Shown one piece after another: positions 56,601 through 64,000 of a DNA stretch of 64,000 nt (positions are counted from its first letter, which is position 1; each line of letters begins with the position of its first letter). The position numbers and the translations under genes were made by a program. The DNA is from Acidobacteriota bacterium (GTDB taxonomy: Bacteria > Acidobacteriota > UBA6911 > RPQK01 > JAJDTT01): contig CBDCJH010000002.1 in assembly GCA_965217775.1 (NCBI GenBank), forward strand, positions 4,576,001-4,640,000, written 5' to 3'. The notes beneath the pieces were generated by a model, which had not been told where the DNA came from, made no database searches, and saw nothing but the letters and a program-made list of their open reading frames with translations.

Positions 56601-59409
56601 GCACGACGACCTCGACGTCCGCGGATTGGTCGGCACCATAGTCCGAAGCCGAGCTAGACACGGTGTTCGCCACATCTCCCATCTCAACCGTTGCATCGGC
56701 AGCCGCGTGCACCCTGACGGTTCGGGCCGTGAACCAATTGTTGGGTGTGAAGATCAGCGAACCCGGGCTCGCGGTCGTACCGGTGGGGCCGCCGCTTATC
56801 GTCACCGTTACATCGTCGTCCGGTTTTGTATTGAGCACCACGGTGTAGGTCCGGCTCGTACCCTGGGCGATCTCCAGTTTCGCCGGCTTCACCGTCAGAC
56901 CCGCCATGTCGTTATCCGTGATGGCAACGATCACATCGCTAGCCGGCACGTCTCCGTAGCCACCGCCGTTCAGTTCGTGCATCAGTCTTACAGAGCCACC
57001 CGCTGCGTTGTCATCCTCTGCCGCACGTACCGTCACGTCCTGCGGAACGCTCCAGTTGCGCTGAGTAAAAGTCAGCGTGGTCGGATTGACCACCAGGGAC
57101 TCGTCTTTTGCGGCAGCCAAGCCAACCAAGCTCACCGTTACCGAACCCGTGGGCTCGGTCGTCAGCACCACGGAGTAGGACCTCGCTGCCGATCCCTCCA
57201 TGACCGTCAGTCGGCTGGGAGTTACGATCACCCTCTTGGGGTCGTTGTCGGTGATTGTGACCGTCACCGTGCCCCCGGTCACGCCGTTGTAGCCACCGCC
57301 GCTTGCGGCGTGGTCCAGTATTACCGCCTCGTCCGGTTCTCCGTCGGCGTCTTGGCCAGCCTTTACCTCCACCGACTGCGGTTCATTCCAGTTGCTAGTG
57401 GTGAAAACCAGGCGGGATGGCTTCACGGTCACATCGCCGGTCGCGCCGCGCACCATGACCGTCACGGTCCCCGTCGGTTGTGCTTCGAGGCTGACCATGT
57501 ATTCGCCAGTCTTACCCTCGGTAAGCGGCAAAGAATCGGTAGTTGTGATGATGCCTCGGGTTTCGTCCTCCCGGATCGTGACCCTGACGTTGTCTACGCT
57601 CTCGCGGTCGTAGTCGCCGCCGCGCACCGTGTGGCTCAGCGTCACAGCGTCGTCCGGCTCCCCGTCCGAATCGTGGGCAACACGGACCTCCACTGTCTGT
57701 TCGCTACGCCAGGTGGTGGCAGTGAACCTCAACTGTGACGGGTCCACGGTCACGTCACCCGACGCACCACTGATCGTCACGGTCACATTGCCATCAGCAT
57801 CGCCAACAGGTTGGGAATTCAGCGAGATACTGTAGTTTCCGGTTGCGCCCTCCACGACTTCAAGCGACGTCGGGGCCACACTGACGCCCCTCCGATCGTT
57901 TTCACTGACCGTCACCCGCAACATTCCGTTGGCCAGGTTCGGTCCGGTATCGCTGTTGTGCCTATGCGTCAACATCGCCGTGTCCGACACGGCATCATCA
58001 TCCTCGGCCACGGACACCGTCACTGTCTGCGTGTCGTTCCAGTTATCCGTCGTGAATTCCAATGAATCCGGATCAGCCATCACGTCCGAATTCGGGGAGG
58101 CCACCGCCACCGTCATATTGGTCGTTGGATCGGCGGCCAGCCTCACGGTGTACGTCCTGGTGGCGCCCTCGTTGATGGTCAGCGAACTCGGGCTGAGCCT
58201 GACACCGGGCTGGGTACCCGAGACAGTAACGCCGACAGGCGCAATCGTCACACCGTCGTAGGCCTTGTCCCTGCTGCTCGATGAATCGTCCACCGTATGC
58301 GTCATATTTACGGACCCCGACGCTTCCGAGTTCGTACGAACCGTCACCGTCTTCGGCCGATTCCAGTCGGTCGTCGAGAAACTCAGGCGGGTCGGACTCA
58401 CCGTCACGCCTTCAAGATCCGTATCTTCGGCCACCGTAATGGCCACCGAACGCGTCGGCCGAGCATCAAGCATTACCGTGTAGGTGGCGTTTGCGCCCGC
58501 CGCAATACTGAGCGAACCGGTACTCACGAAAACACCCCGGACGTCGTTGTCGGTGACCATTACCGACACCGTGCCAGGTGTGGGGCTTACAGCCACACCC
58601 GTGTAGTCGCCACCTCGAACCGTGTGCGTCAGGGTCGCTTCGTCGGTCTCTGCGTCGAAATCCTCGCCCGCAAACACGGTCACCGTCTGCATCATCTCGT
58701 AGTTTTCCGCGGTGAAGAACAACCGGGACGGACTCACCGTGATCTCGCCTGAAGCGCCACCGATGTCCACGGTCACCGTTCCCGTTGGTTCCGTCCCCAG
58801 CACCACCGTGTAGGAACCAGTCTCCTCGGCTTCCATGAAGGTCAAGGAAGTTTCACTCAGCGTTACGCTCCGCGTGTCTCCGTCCTTGACCGTCACCCTC
58901 ACTGACCCACGCGCCACGGCCATGGCCACGGCATCGTCATCGTCGCCAATGGTCGCCGTGTGCGTGAGCGTCATTGTCTCCGAGACTGCGTCATCATCAT
59001 TCTCCGTACTCACCGTAACCGTCTGCAGCATGTTCCAGTTGCCACCGGCACCGCCCGGCTCCTCAGGCGCAGTGAAAGTGAGTACGAGCGTCCCGTCCGT
59101 TGTGTCAGCACCTGGGGCACCCACCGTAATGTCCGCGTCGTCGGTAGGTGCTCCCACCACCGTGATTTTCACATCCTCAGACGGTTCGGTGTCCAACACT
59201 ATGGTATACGTGCCGTCTTCACCCTCGTCGATTTCCAGCGTCCTGGGATTCACGGTCACGGCCAGACTGCCCTGGGCGAACGCCAGCTGTGGCGTCGCGA
59301 GGAGCATCACGGCCAAGAGGGGGAGAAATCCCCTCCCCAGGTGGAAGAAGTAACATTTTCTGAAACCGTCACAGAACGATATGGATTGACCGGCATCACG
59401 TCTCAGCAT
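53647..59409 (-). CDS. Giant secreted adhesin-like protein: about 11 Ig/Calx-beta-like repeats, 3 fibronectin type III domains, duplicated C-terminal FAHFANG domain
   Basis: GGAGG RBS at ATG 59409; signal peptide ending AFA-Q; repeats Y.V.L...P...V.V...L.FT..NW...QTVTV; FnIII motifs W.APAD.GGS.I..Y, VRAVN..G. Confidence 0.9.
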   Translation of the reverse strand: MLRRDAGQSISFCDGFRKCYFFHLGRGFLPLLAVMLLATPQLAFAQGSLAVTVNPRTLEIDEGEDGTYTIVLDTEPSEDVKITVVGAPTDDADITVGAPGADTTDGTLVLTFTAPEEPGGAGGNWNMLQTVTVSTENDDDAVSETMTLTHTATIGDDDDAVAMAVARGSVRVTVKDGDTRSVTLSETSLTFMEAEETGSYTVVLGTEPTGTVTVDIGGASGEITVSPSRLFFTAENYEMMQTVTVFAGEDFDAETDEATLTHTVRGGDYTGVAVSPTPGTVSVMVTDNDVRGVFVSTGSLSIAAGANATYTVMLDARPTRSVAITVAEDTDLEGVTVSPTRLSFSTTDWNRPKTVTVRTNSEASGSVNMTHTVDDSSSSRDKAYDGVTIAPVGVTVSGTQPGVRLSPSSLTINEGATRTYTVRLAADPTTNMTVAVASPNSDVMADPDSLEFTTDNWNDTQTVTVSVAEDDDAVSDTAMLTHRHNSDTGPNLANGMLRVTVSENDRRGVSVAPTSLEVVEGATGNYSISLNSQPVGDADGNVTVTISGASGDVTVDPSQLRFTATTWRSEQTVEVRVAHDSDGEPDDAVTLSHTVRGGDYDRESVDNVRVTIREDETRGIITTTDSLPLTEGKTGEYMVSLEAQPTGTVTVMVRGATGDVTVKPSRLVFTTSNWNEPQSVEVKAGQDADGEPDEAVILDHAASGGGYNGVTGGTVTVTITDNDPKRVIVTPSRLTVMEGSAARSYSVVLTTEPTGSVTVSLVGLAAAKDESLVVNPTTLTFTQRNWSVPQDVTVRAAEDDNAAGGSVRLMHELNGGGYGDVPASDVIVAITDNDMAGLTVKPAKLEIAQGTSRTYTVVLNTKPDDDVTVTISGGPTGTTASPGSLIFTPNNWFTARTVRVHAAADATVEMGDVANTVSSSASDYGADQSADVEVVVLDADVPGVAVNPTSLSIKEGGSDSYTMVLTKAPTASVYVDISGASGDVRVSRSRVSFSTTNWNREQSVTVSVSEDDDAVQDVPVTLTHKVSGADEYEDIDPNTDGVQSLTVTPVLVTLSDNDTIGVTVAPTSLTIGAGGTGTYRIRLNTEPTDAVQIRVNSPRDDVTVSGSPLTFTTATWNSEQTVTVMVDKEAGSEEVQSVTLTHSVSGADYAGVEPSPVTVTIPVEGTPGAPGGLTATAGNQQVTLRWRAPASDGGSAIARYEYRSQESGSGFTAWTTIPGGASATSYTVTGLENGISYTFEVRAVNSIGGGQGSTTSATLAESVPGAPANLTATGGDEQVALSWNAPADGGSQILRYEYRYGAVGESYGAWATVSGGPNATSLTVTGLTNGREYGFQVRAVNSIGEGAAAEDSATPGRAPTAPTGLTARVESETITVMWGMPADNGGSAITSYQVRYRMNGGQWSNWMAVAGGASATSYTMTGLTNGIGHEIEVRAVNAIGTGASASVEATPMEGIDFAHFANGQSTGVTITSDIVLVNVETSTVTPAIYFYNQMGEMIPADSVVDLMGGLEMAGDGSLAVPMGIAGRGEMTISTNGEGALVIGSVRVFGSGRLGGVLRFDIPFVGVAGVGASEPVNDAIFPARRMEGGINTGAAIRNLSAEPMTVTCMLMQGGDVMDTEMVRLAGDGHSSEFIDEMFPGSNTTAFVGSVRCTAADGGMFAGVALELDAPNGIFTTLPVVPLNTGSDSGESMLNFAHFANGDFAGTATSSDLVFVNVASSAVSPAIYFYDQMGNMIDASMVVDAMMDGVEVDSDGALMVMDEIPPMGEMTISTSGMGDGMIGSVRVVSDGPIGGVLRFDIPNFGVAGVGASEAVNAAIFPARRVMNGINTGAAIRNLMAEMTTVTCRLMKGGNPMGENPIELPGNGQNSEFIHELFPNANTDDFEGSVHCTAPAGSMFTGVALEMDFNNRIFTTLPVVPVQ

Positions 59410-59604
59410 GGGTTTCCTCCCAATTCGGCGAACTGGCTGCGAATTCTGGAAATAGCACAGCAGATGCTCTTGGCACAATTCGGGCAGTGTCACTGATCAA
59501 AAATAGCACAACGCCTCTGACACGACACTCTCCAGCCGATAAACTGCGTGTGCCTGAGGGTTTTTCGCACATTATAAAAGAGTCTTCTCAGACCTTTACT
59601 CCAA

Positions 59605-61080
59605 CTACGGGATTCCGATTCGAGCGACCAGTACATCTCCCAAGATGACCCGTGGCTCCATAGGCGACCGGCGGATCTTGCGCCGGTTGTAGACCACGGC
59701 GACTTCGTTCTCGCCGGAGCGGACCAATCGAGGGTATAGATGCTCGAAACCCTTTTTTGGCTCACTAATTTTCATCAACTCCGAGAAGCCGGACTCCAAC
59801 TCCCCGCTCCAGGCCAGATAAATCTCGGGCGATGCTCCGATCGCTCCTTTGGAATAGGCAACCAGGCATCCCCCTCGCCATGGTAGAAGGTCGAATCCGT
59901 AATAGAACCTGCCGGGTTCATGGTCCCCCGCCAGAGAGTCTCTCTCCCCTTCCGCGGACCTCCATCCCTTTGCGGCCGAAAAAAGACGATAGGAGAGTCG
60001 GCGATGGGTCTGGCCCCAATCTTCTCGTGACTCGAACCAGCCGGCGAGGAGCCCGTCGTTGACGGGGTGGAGGGAGGACCGGACCGACAACGCCTTCCGG
60101 TCGAAAATCACCTGGTCCTCGTTCCAGGTGGCGCCGCCGTCCGGCGAATGGTCGAAGTAGAGTGTCGTCCGATCGCCCTTCACGACGTGCCAAGCGACGT
60201 AAATCGAATCTTCCCGCACCGCCATTCTGGGCCCCTGACAGCTCATGGAGGGATCGTCGTTGACACGGACGGGTACGGACCAGGAGAAATCTCCTTTGGA
60301 TCTGCTGAAGACGACCGCTCGCCGTCCGGCCGTCCGGTCAATCCAGACCAGGCATGCCCCGACGCCCGGTCCAACGGCCAACTGGGGTGATGCCGTTCCA
60401 CCTCGCTTCCGACCCTCCGGGAAATTGACGTCCACCGGGCGCCAGTCCTCTCCGCCGTCGTTGCTCTGAAACAGATGGATGCGTTCCCGTTCCCCGGGAT
60501 AGCCATTGGAAACGGCCAGATAAAGGTTGCCTCGACCGTCGCCCATCAACTGGGGACGCCGGGCCAGGACCGTCCCCACGGCGAATTGGCGCGGCGGCGT
60601 CCAGGAAGTTCCTCCATCCTCCGATCGCCGATATCCGACCCGGAGCTCGCTTCTCTGCTTTCTCTGCTTCCGGCGTTCATTTCCGACCCAAGAGAAGTGA
60701 ATCACGCCAGATCGGCCGTGCACCCAAACCGCCGGGGATCGCTCGAGGGCGGGACTCTCCGCAATGGCAGCGGGTGAACCCCAGCGATCTTCCGAGCGGA
60801 CGTAGCGAGAAACGTAGACGTCCGTATCCTTATTCGGATTCGCATCGCGAACGGCAGTAAATCCGAGAAACAGGTCTCCGCCTGGAACAGCTTTCAACTG
60901 ATTGTAAGAAAAGGCGGTCTCGACGAACGCCTGGATTCCCGGCGGGTTGACCAGGAGCCGCGACAACTGCCGCCACTCGGCCGGGGCCGCGCCCATACTC
61001 TGCACAGGCGCCGCAACGACAGCCAAGAGAATAACGGCACCGGAAAATATCCCTCCCAACTGTCCGTTCAGCGGAAACAA
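59605..61080 (-). CDS. Secreted BNR/Asp-box (sialidase-like beta-propeller) protein
   Basis: Signal peptide; Asp-boxes SEDGGTSW, SNDGGEDW, SPDGGATW. Confidence 0.75.
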   Translation of the reverse strand: MFPLNGQLGGIFSGAVILLAVVAAPVQSMGAAPAEWRQLSRLLVNPPGIQAFVETAFSYNQLKAVPGGDLFLGFTAVRDANPNKDTDVYVSRYVRSEDRWGSPAAIAESPALERSPAVWVHGRSGVIHFSWVGNERRKQRKQRSELRVGYRRSEDGGTSWTPPRQFAVGTVLARRPQLMGDGRGNLYLAVSNGYPGERERIHLFQSNDGGEDWRPVDVNFPEGRKRGGTASPQLAVGPGVGACLVWIDRTAGRRAVVFSRSKGDFSWSVPVRVNDDPSMSCQGPRMAVREDSIYVAWHVVKGDRTTLYFDHSPDGGATWNEDQVIFDRKALSVRSSLHPVNDGLLAGWFESREDWGQTHRRLSYRLFSAAKGWRSAEGERDSLAGDHEPGRFYYGFDLLPWRGGCLVAYSKGAIGASPEIYLAWSGELESGFSELMKISEPKKGFEHLYPRLVRSGENEVAVVYNRRKIRRSPMEPRVILGDVLVARIGIP

Positions 61081-61149
61081 TTCACAGAACTCCTGATTGA
61101 AGGTCGAAAACGACCGTCCCGCCGGCGACGACGTTTCACATGCTCCGCT

Positions 61150-61180
61150 CGGAGTTCGGCGGTTGGAAACCGCCGCTCCC
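61150..61180. repeat. Single REP
   Basis: GGAGTTCGGCGGTTGGAAACCGCCGCTCC. Confidence 0.8.
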
Positions 61181-61285
61181 AGGCGATGATCTGTCTCCGG
61201 GCTGCGGCCATTCAGGATAGATACCGCACTTTGGGAAGGGTTGCAATTCGACAGGAGTGGGGGACGCTGGATTGGGCCAAAAGAG

Positions 61286-61322
61286 AAAGGGGGGAGCCCG
61301 GCATGGGCTCCCCCCTTGGTTT
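61286..61322. terminator. Intrinsic terminator of the 560-aa gene
   Basis: AAAGGGGGGAGCCC-ggcat-GGGCTCCCCCCTT. Confidence 0.8.
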
Positions 61323-61384
61323 GTCTCGGACCGCCGATCTCACCTCATTCAGGGAGAGACGATCCTTGCGTGATGCAATACAGC

Positions 61385-63067
61385 CTACTGGCCGTCATCG
61401 TCCGGAGACGGAGGCGACTTCAGCGTCCACGAGGCCGCGAAAGTCGAATCCGGAGTGATGAACTTCAACAAGGCTCGTCCCGTGGTGACGAATGTCCGGG
61501 TTGTGCCTGCCTCCTCCACGATCAGTGTACCGGCCGTGTAGGTCCGCTCGTCCACAGCGGGAACGCCATCGGGTTGCTCGAAGGCTTCAAGATTCGGAGG
61601 ATCTCCGTCTCCATAGTCCATCTTGCACTCCAAGGTGCCGCGCGCGAACTTTACCCACCCCGGAGAGGCGTTCATCATGGGTTCCATCCCGCCGTCATCC
61701 AGACCCATAAAGTCGCCATGGCCTGCGGTCGCCTCGGGAACGAGGCTCGTCAGGTGGCTCAGAGTCCAAGGTCCGTCGATCGCGTCTCCATCACAATCGC
61801 CGGCATTGACCATGACATTGATGCCGTTGACGATGATCGTGGTGCTCGGCATGTCCGCATCGGGATCTTCCGTGCCACCGCCGACGATACCAGGATCGTC
61901 TTCGGCAGACATCATCTCCAATTCGTTACCCATGGCGTCCATGAGGGTGACATCGATCGCCGTCATGGCGGGTATCAACATGTATCCGCCTGCATCCCCA
62001 ATCTCATCCGCCACGGACAGCAACAGCATGATCTGTTTGGAGGAGTCACTTACTCCGCTAAGGGATGGAAGCACCATAGCCCCCATTTTGATGCCTCTGT
62101 TGGAACGAGGGCCACTTTCGATTTTACCTTGTGCGGCCTCTGCATCGTCAACGGCATTGTCGCCATCGTTGGAATAGCCTGCTGCAGCGGTGTTCGTTAT
62201 TGTCTCCGTGATACCGGCGGCGTCCTTCTCGGCCAACATGGCTTCCGCCGGAGTACCGTCCAGAACCTGGTAGTCCTGCATTATCATCATCGCGTTGTCC
62301 GTATCAGTGACAACAGGCCGGACTACCGGCGTGCCGCCCCAGGATGCGGTCTGGTCGCTTCCGCCCGAACCGGTGCCAACCAGAGCCTCGGTGAAATGAC
62401 CGGTCAGGTGGTTGAATGAGATGACCTCAGCTTCGCCGACACCCCAAGCCGCGACGTTCGCGGAAGTGTCGTCTTCATCGCTACACGCCTCGATGTCACC
62501 GTCGGGGTTGGGATTAATGAGCATGAGGTTGTTGTCACCGGCGTCGGCGTCTTCCGTAGCGCTGCCCTGAGAAGTCTTAAGCTCACCGCAAGCGTCGATG
62601 TTGCCCATCCCATGCATGTCCTCAGCCAGGGCCTCCGGGAAAAGAGCGTTCGCCGTTTCGCCGGTGTTCATTTGCTCGCCAACATCAAGCTGTGCAGCGA
62701 CCGCGGTGACGGCAATCACAAAATGGCCGTTACCCATTTTGCCGCTTCCCATGATTTCGGCGCCCGTGTTCAGCTCAGTTCCTGGAATCATGTGGTCAAA
62801 CGGGTCGACCAGAACGCTGGATCCGCCGGGGATCACTCTCAGGTACCAGACAGCCATCTCCATATCGTTGTTGTAGTACTGAACCAGCACCGTAACCGCA
62901 TTACCATCAGGTTGCGCGTTCACAACAGAGATGTAGTTCGTATGGGCCATGTTGCTCTGGAAGATCAACTGCGAGCCCTTGTCGGCGGCGAGGCCCTGAT
63001 CCACGACCATAGTGACCGCGAGAATCGGGATCGCGCCCAGAACCAATAGTTTCAACCATCCCTTCAT
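61385..63067 (-). CDS. Secreted acidic hypothetical protein (possible abundant surface/S-layer-like protein)
   Basis: GAAGGAGG RBS, signal peptide, Asp/Gly/Met-rich, several Cys, own terminator. Confidence 0.8.
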   Translation of the reverse strand: MKGWLKLLVLGAIPILAVTMVVDQGLAADKGSQLIFQSNMAHTNYISVVNAQPDGNAVTVLVQYYNNDMEMAVWYLRVIPGGSSVLVDPFDHMIPGTELNTGAEIMGSGKMGNGHFVIAVTAVAAQLDVGEQMNTGETANALFPEALAEDMHGMGNIDACGELKTSQGSATEDADAGDNNLMLINPNPDGDIEACSDEDDTSANVAAWGVGEAEVISFNHLTGHFTEALVGTGSGGSDQTASWGGTPVVRPVVTDTDNAMMIMQDYQVLDGTPAEAMLAEKDAAGITETITNTAAAGYSNDGDNAVDDAEAAQGKIESGPRSNRGIKMGAMVLPSLSGVSDSSKQIMLLLSVADEIGDAGGYMLIPAMTAIDVTLMDAMGNELEMMSAEDDPGIVGGGTEDPDADMPSTTIIVNGINVMVNAGDCDGDAIDGPWTLSHLTSLVPEATAGHGDFMGLDDGGMEPMMNASPGWVKFARGTLECKMDYGDGDPPNLEAFEQPDGVPAVDERTYTAGTLIVEEAGTTRTFVTTGRALLKFITPDSTFAASWTLKSPPSPDDDGQ

Positions 63068-63220
63068 TGGAAAGTCCTCCTTCGAATAAGTTTACAAATC
63101 CCCTGAAAACAGAAAATACCCGGAGCGGAGAATGTCCCGAGACTCCAACTCCGGGAAGGACGGAACCAAACTGCTGGTTCCCTCTTGACACACAAAACAA
63201 ATTACGCTCACCAAACCCTC

Positions 63221-63412
63221 TCTCCGACAGTGCTGATTAGGAAAGATGCCGACCTCTTCGAAAAGTTGCGCTTTCCTCCCGAGCGGCATGGTGATGGTTT
63301 GAAACGTTTCCTCAACTTCTCCACGAGCATAAGCCCAACGAAAGGCGCCGGACAGGCACCTTCCCGACAGTGACGATTAAAAAAGATGCTGTCCCCTTCG
63401 AAAAGTTGCGCC
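63221..63412 (-). repeat. Two ~50-bp imperfect direct repeats in the leader of the 560-aa gene
   Basis: 63221..63271 vs 63361..63412 share CCGACAGTG..GATTA..AAAGATGC....C.CTTCGAAAAGTTGCGC. Confidence 0.85.
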
Positions 63413-63475
63413 CCCGGCGTGGGAAGAAAGGCCTTGGGGGCCCTCCGCCACACCGTCACGTATTAGTGACGGCGG

Positions 63476-63504
63476 AGTTTGAGGCAATCCCGGGGCAATG
63501 TCAA
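63476..63504 (-). promoter_or_regulatory. Probable sigma70 promoter of the 560-aa gene
   Basis: TTGACA-N17-CAAACT on the minus strand, followed by hairpin CCGTCAC-TAATAC-GTGACGG. Confidence 0.5.
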
Positions 63505-63600
63505 GAGGAGGAATGAAAGTTGTTTCGTTAGTACGTGATCTGTCCAGTCCCTTCAAGGCGAGGTCAGGATGAGCCTTTTCCCCACCGAGAGGAGGCGGGT

Positions 63601-63926
63601 ATGGAGCCGTATCCGCCGCGCGCCGCGGAGCGGAAGATGCAGGTGCAGGAAGTCGTCCTTCGAGCGATGAGTGGACAGATCAACCGGACCCAGGCGGCCG
63701 ATATCATTAGCGTGAATCCTCACAGCATGCGGCGCCGTTACTAAGAGATACGGCTACGACGGACTATACGATCGGCGGCGGAAGCGGCCCTCGCCGAAAC
63801 GAGTCCCCGTGGCCACAGTCGAGAAGGTGCTGCGACTGAACCGGGAGAAGCGTCGGGACTTCAACCTGACGCATTTGGTGGAGAGGCTGCATTCGGAGGA
63901 AGGGATCGAGCTGAGTTGCAATTGAA
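63601..63926 (+). pseudogene. Decayed transposase N-terminus (ISNCY/IS1202-like HTH)
   Basis: MQVQEVVLRAMSGQIN..QAADII, then frameshift/stop, then YGYDGLYDRRR.RPSPKRVP...DFNL.H..E.L; no catalytic domain. Confidence 0.75.
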
Positions 63927-64000
63927 TGATCTCCCACTTTCTACCGGGTGGTGTCTATTATTGATGATCGCCCGAATGCGGGGTGAAGGGTCAAGACAAA

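Noticed and set aside
63221-63412. c-di-GMP-I riboswitch call
   Set aside because: Lacks the GAAA tetraloop, GCAAAG and second-stem consensus; kept only as an unnamed motif.

Overview
High-GC bacterial chromosomal segment, most likely Acidobacteriota (inferred from the Cys-rich insertion in RpoB and gene order). In order: menC-like enolase and hydantoinase B; ubiA and a short type IV pilus locus (pilB-pilT-pilC-pilin) interrupted by a two-ATPase cassette bounded by a duplicated pilT 3' end; an IS4 element; the core tRNA-tuf-rpmG-secE-nusG-rplKAJL-rpoBC cluster; a ~24 kb surface-glycan region (many GT2, a GT4, a TMTC-like GT-C/TPR protein, methyltransferases, Wzm/Wzt); then large secreted proteins and an IS remnant. 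About 20 clusters of GGAG-tagged REP-like palindromes sit at gene ends and bound the accessory cassettes (paired ATPases, XRE-DUF-XRE, VapBC, five small coiled-coil genes). A group II intron has inserted in the loop of one REP, and its putative EBS1 matches the REP arm. The best candidates for something new are the paired STAND-like ATPase cassette, the REP-bounded cassette pattern, and the REP-targeting intron. All product calls come from motif recognition by eye; no database searches were run.
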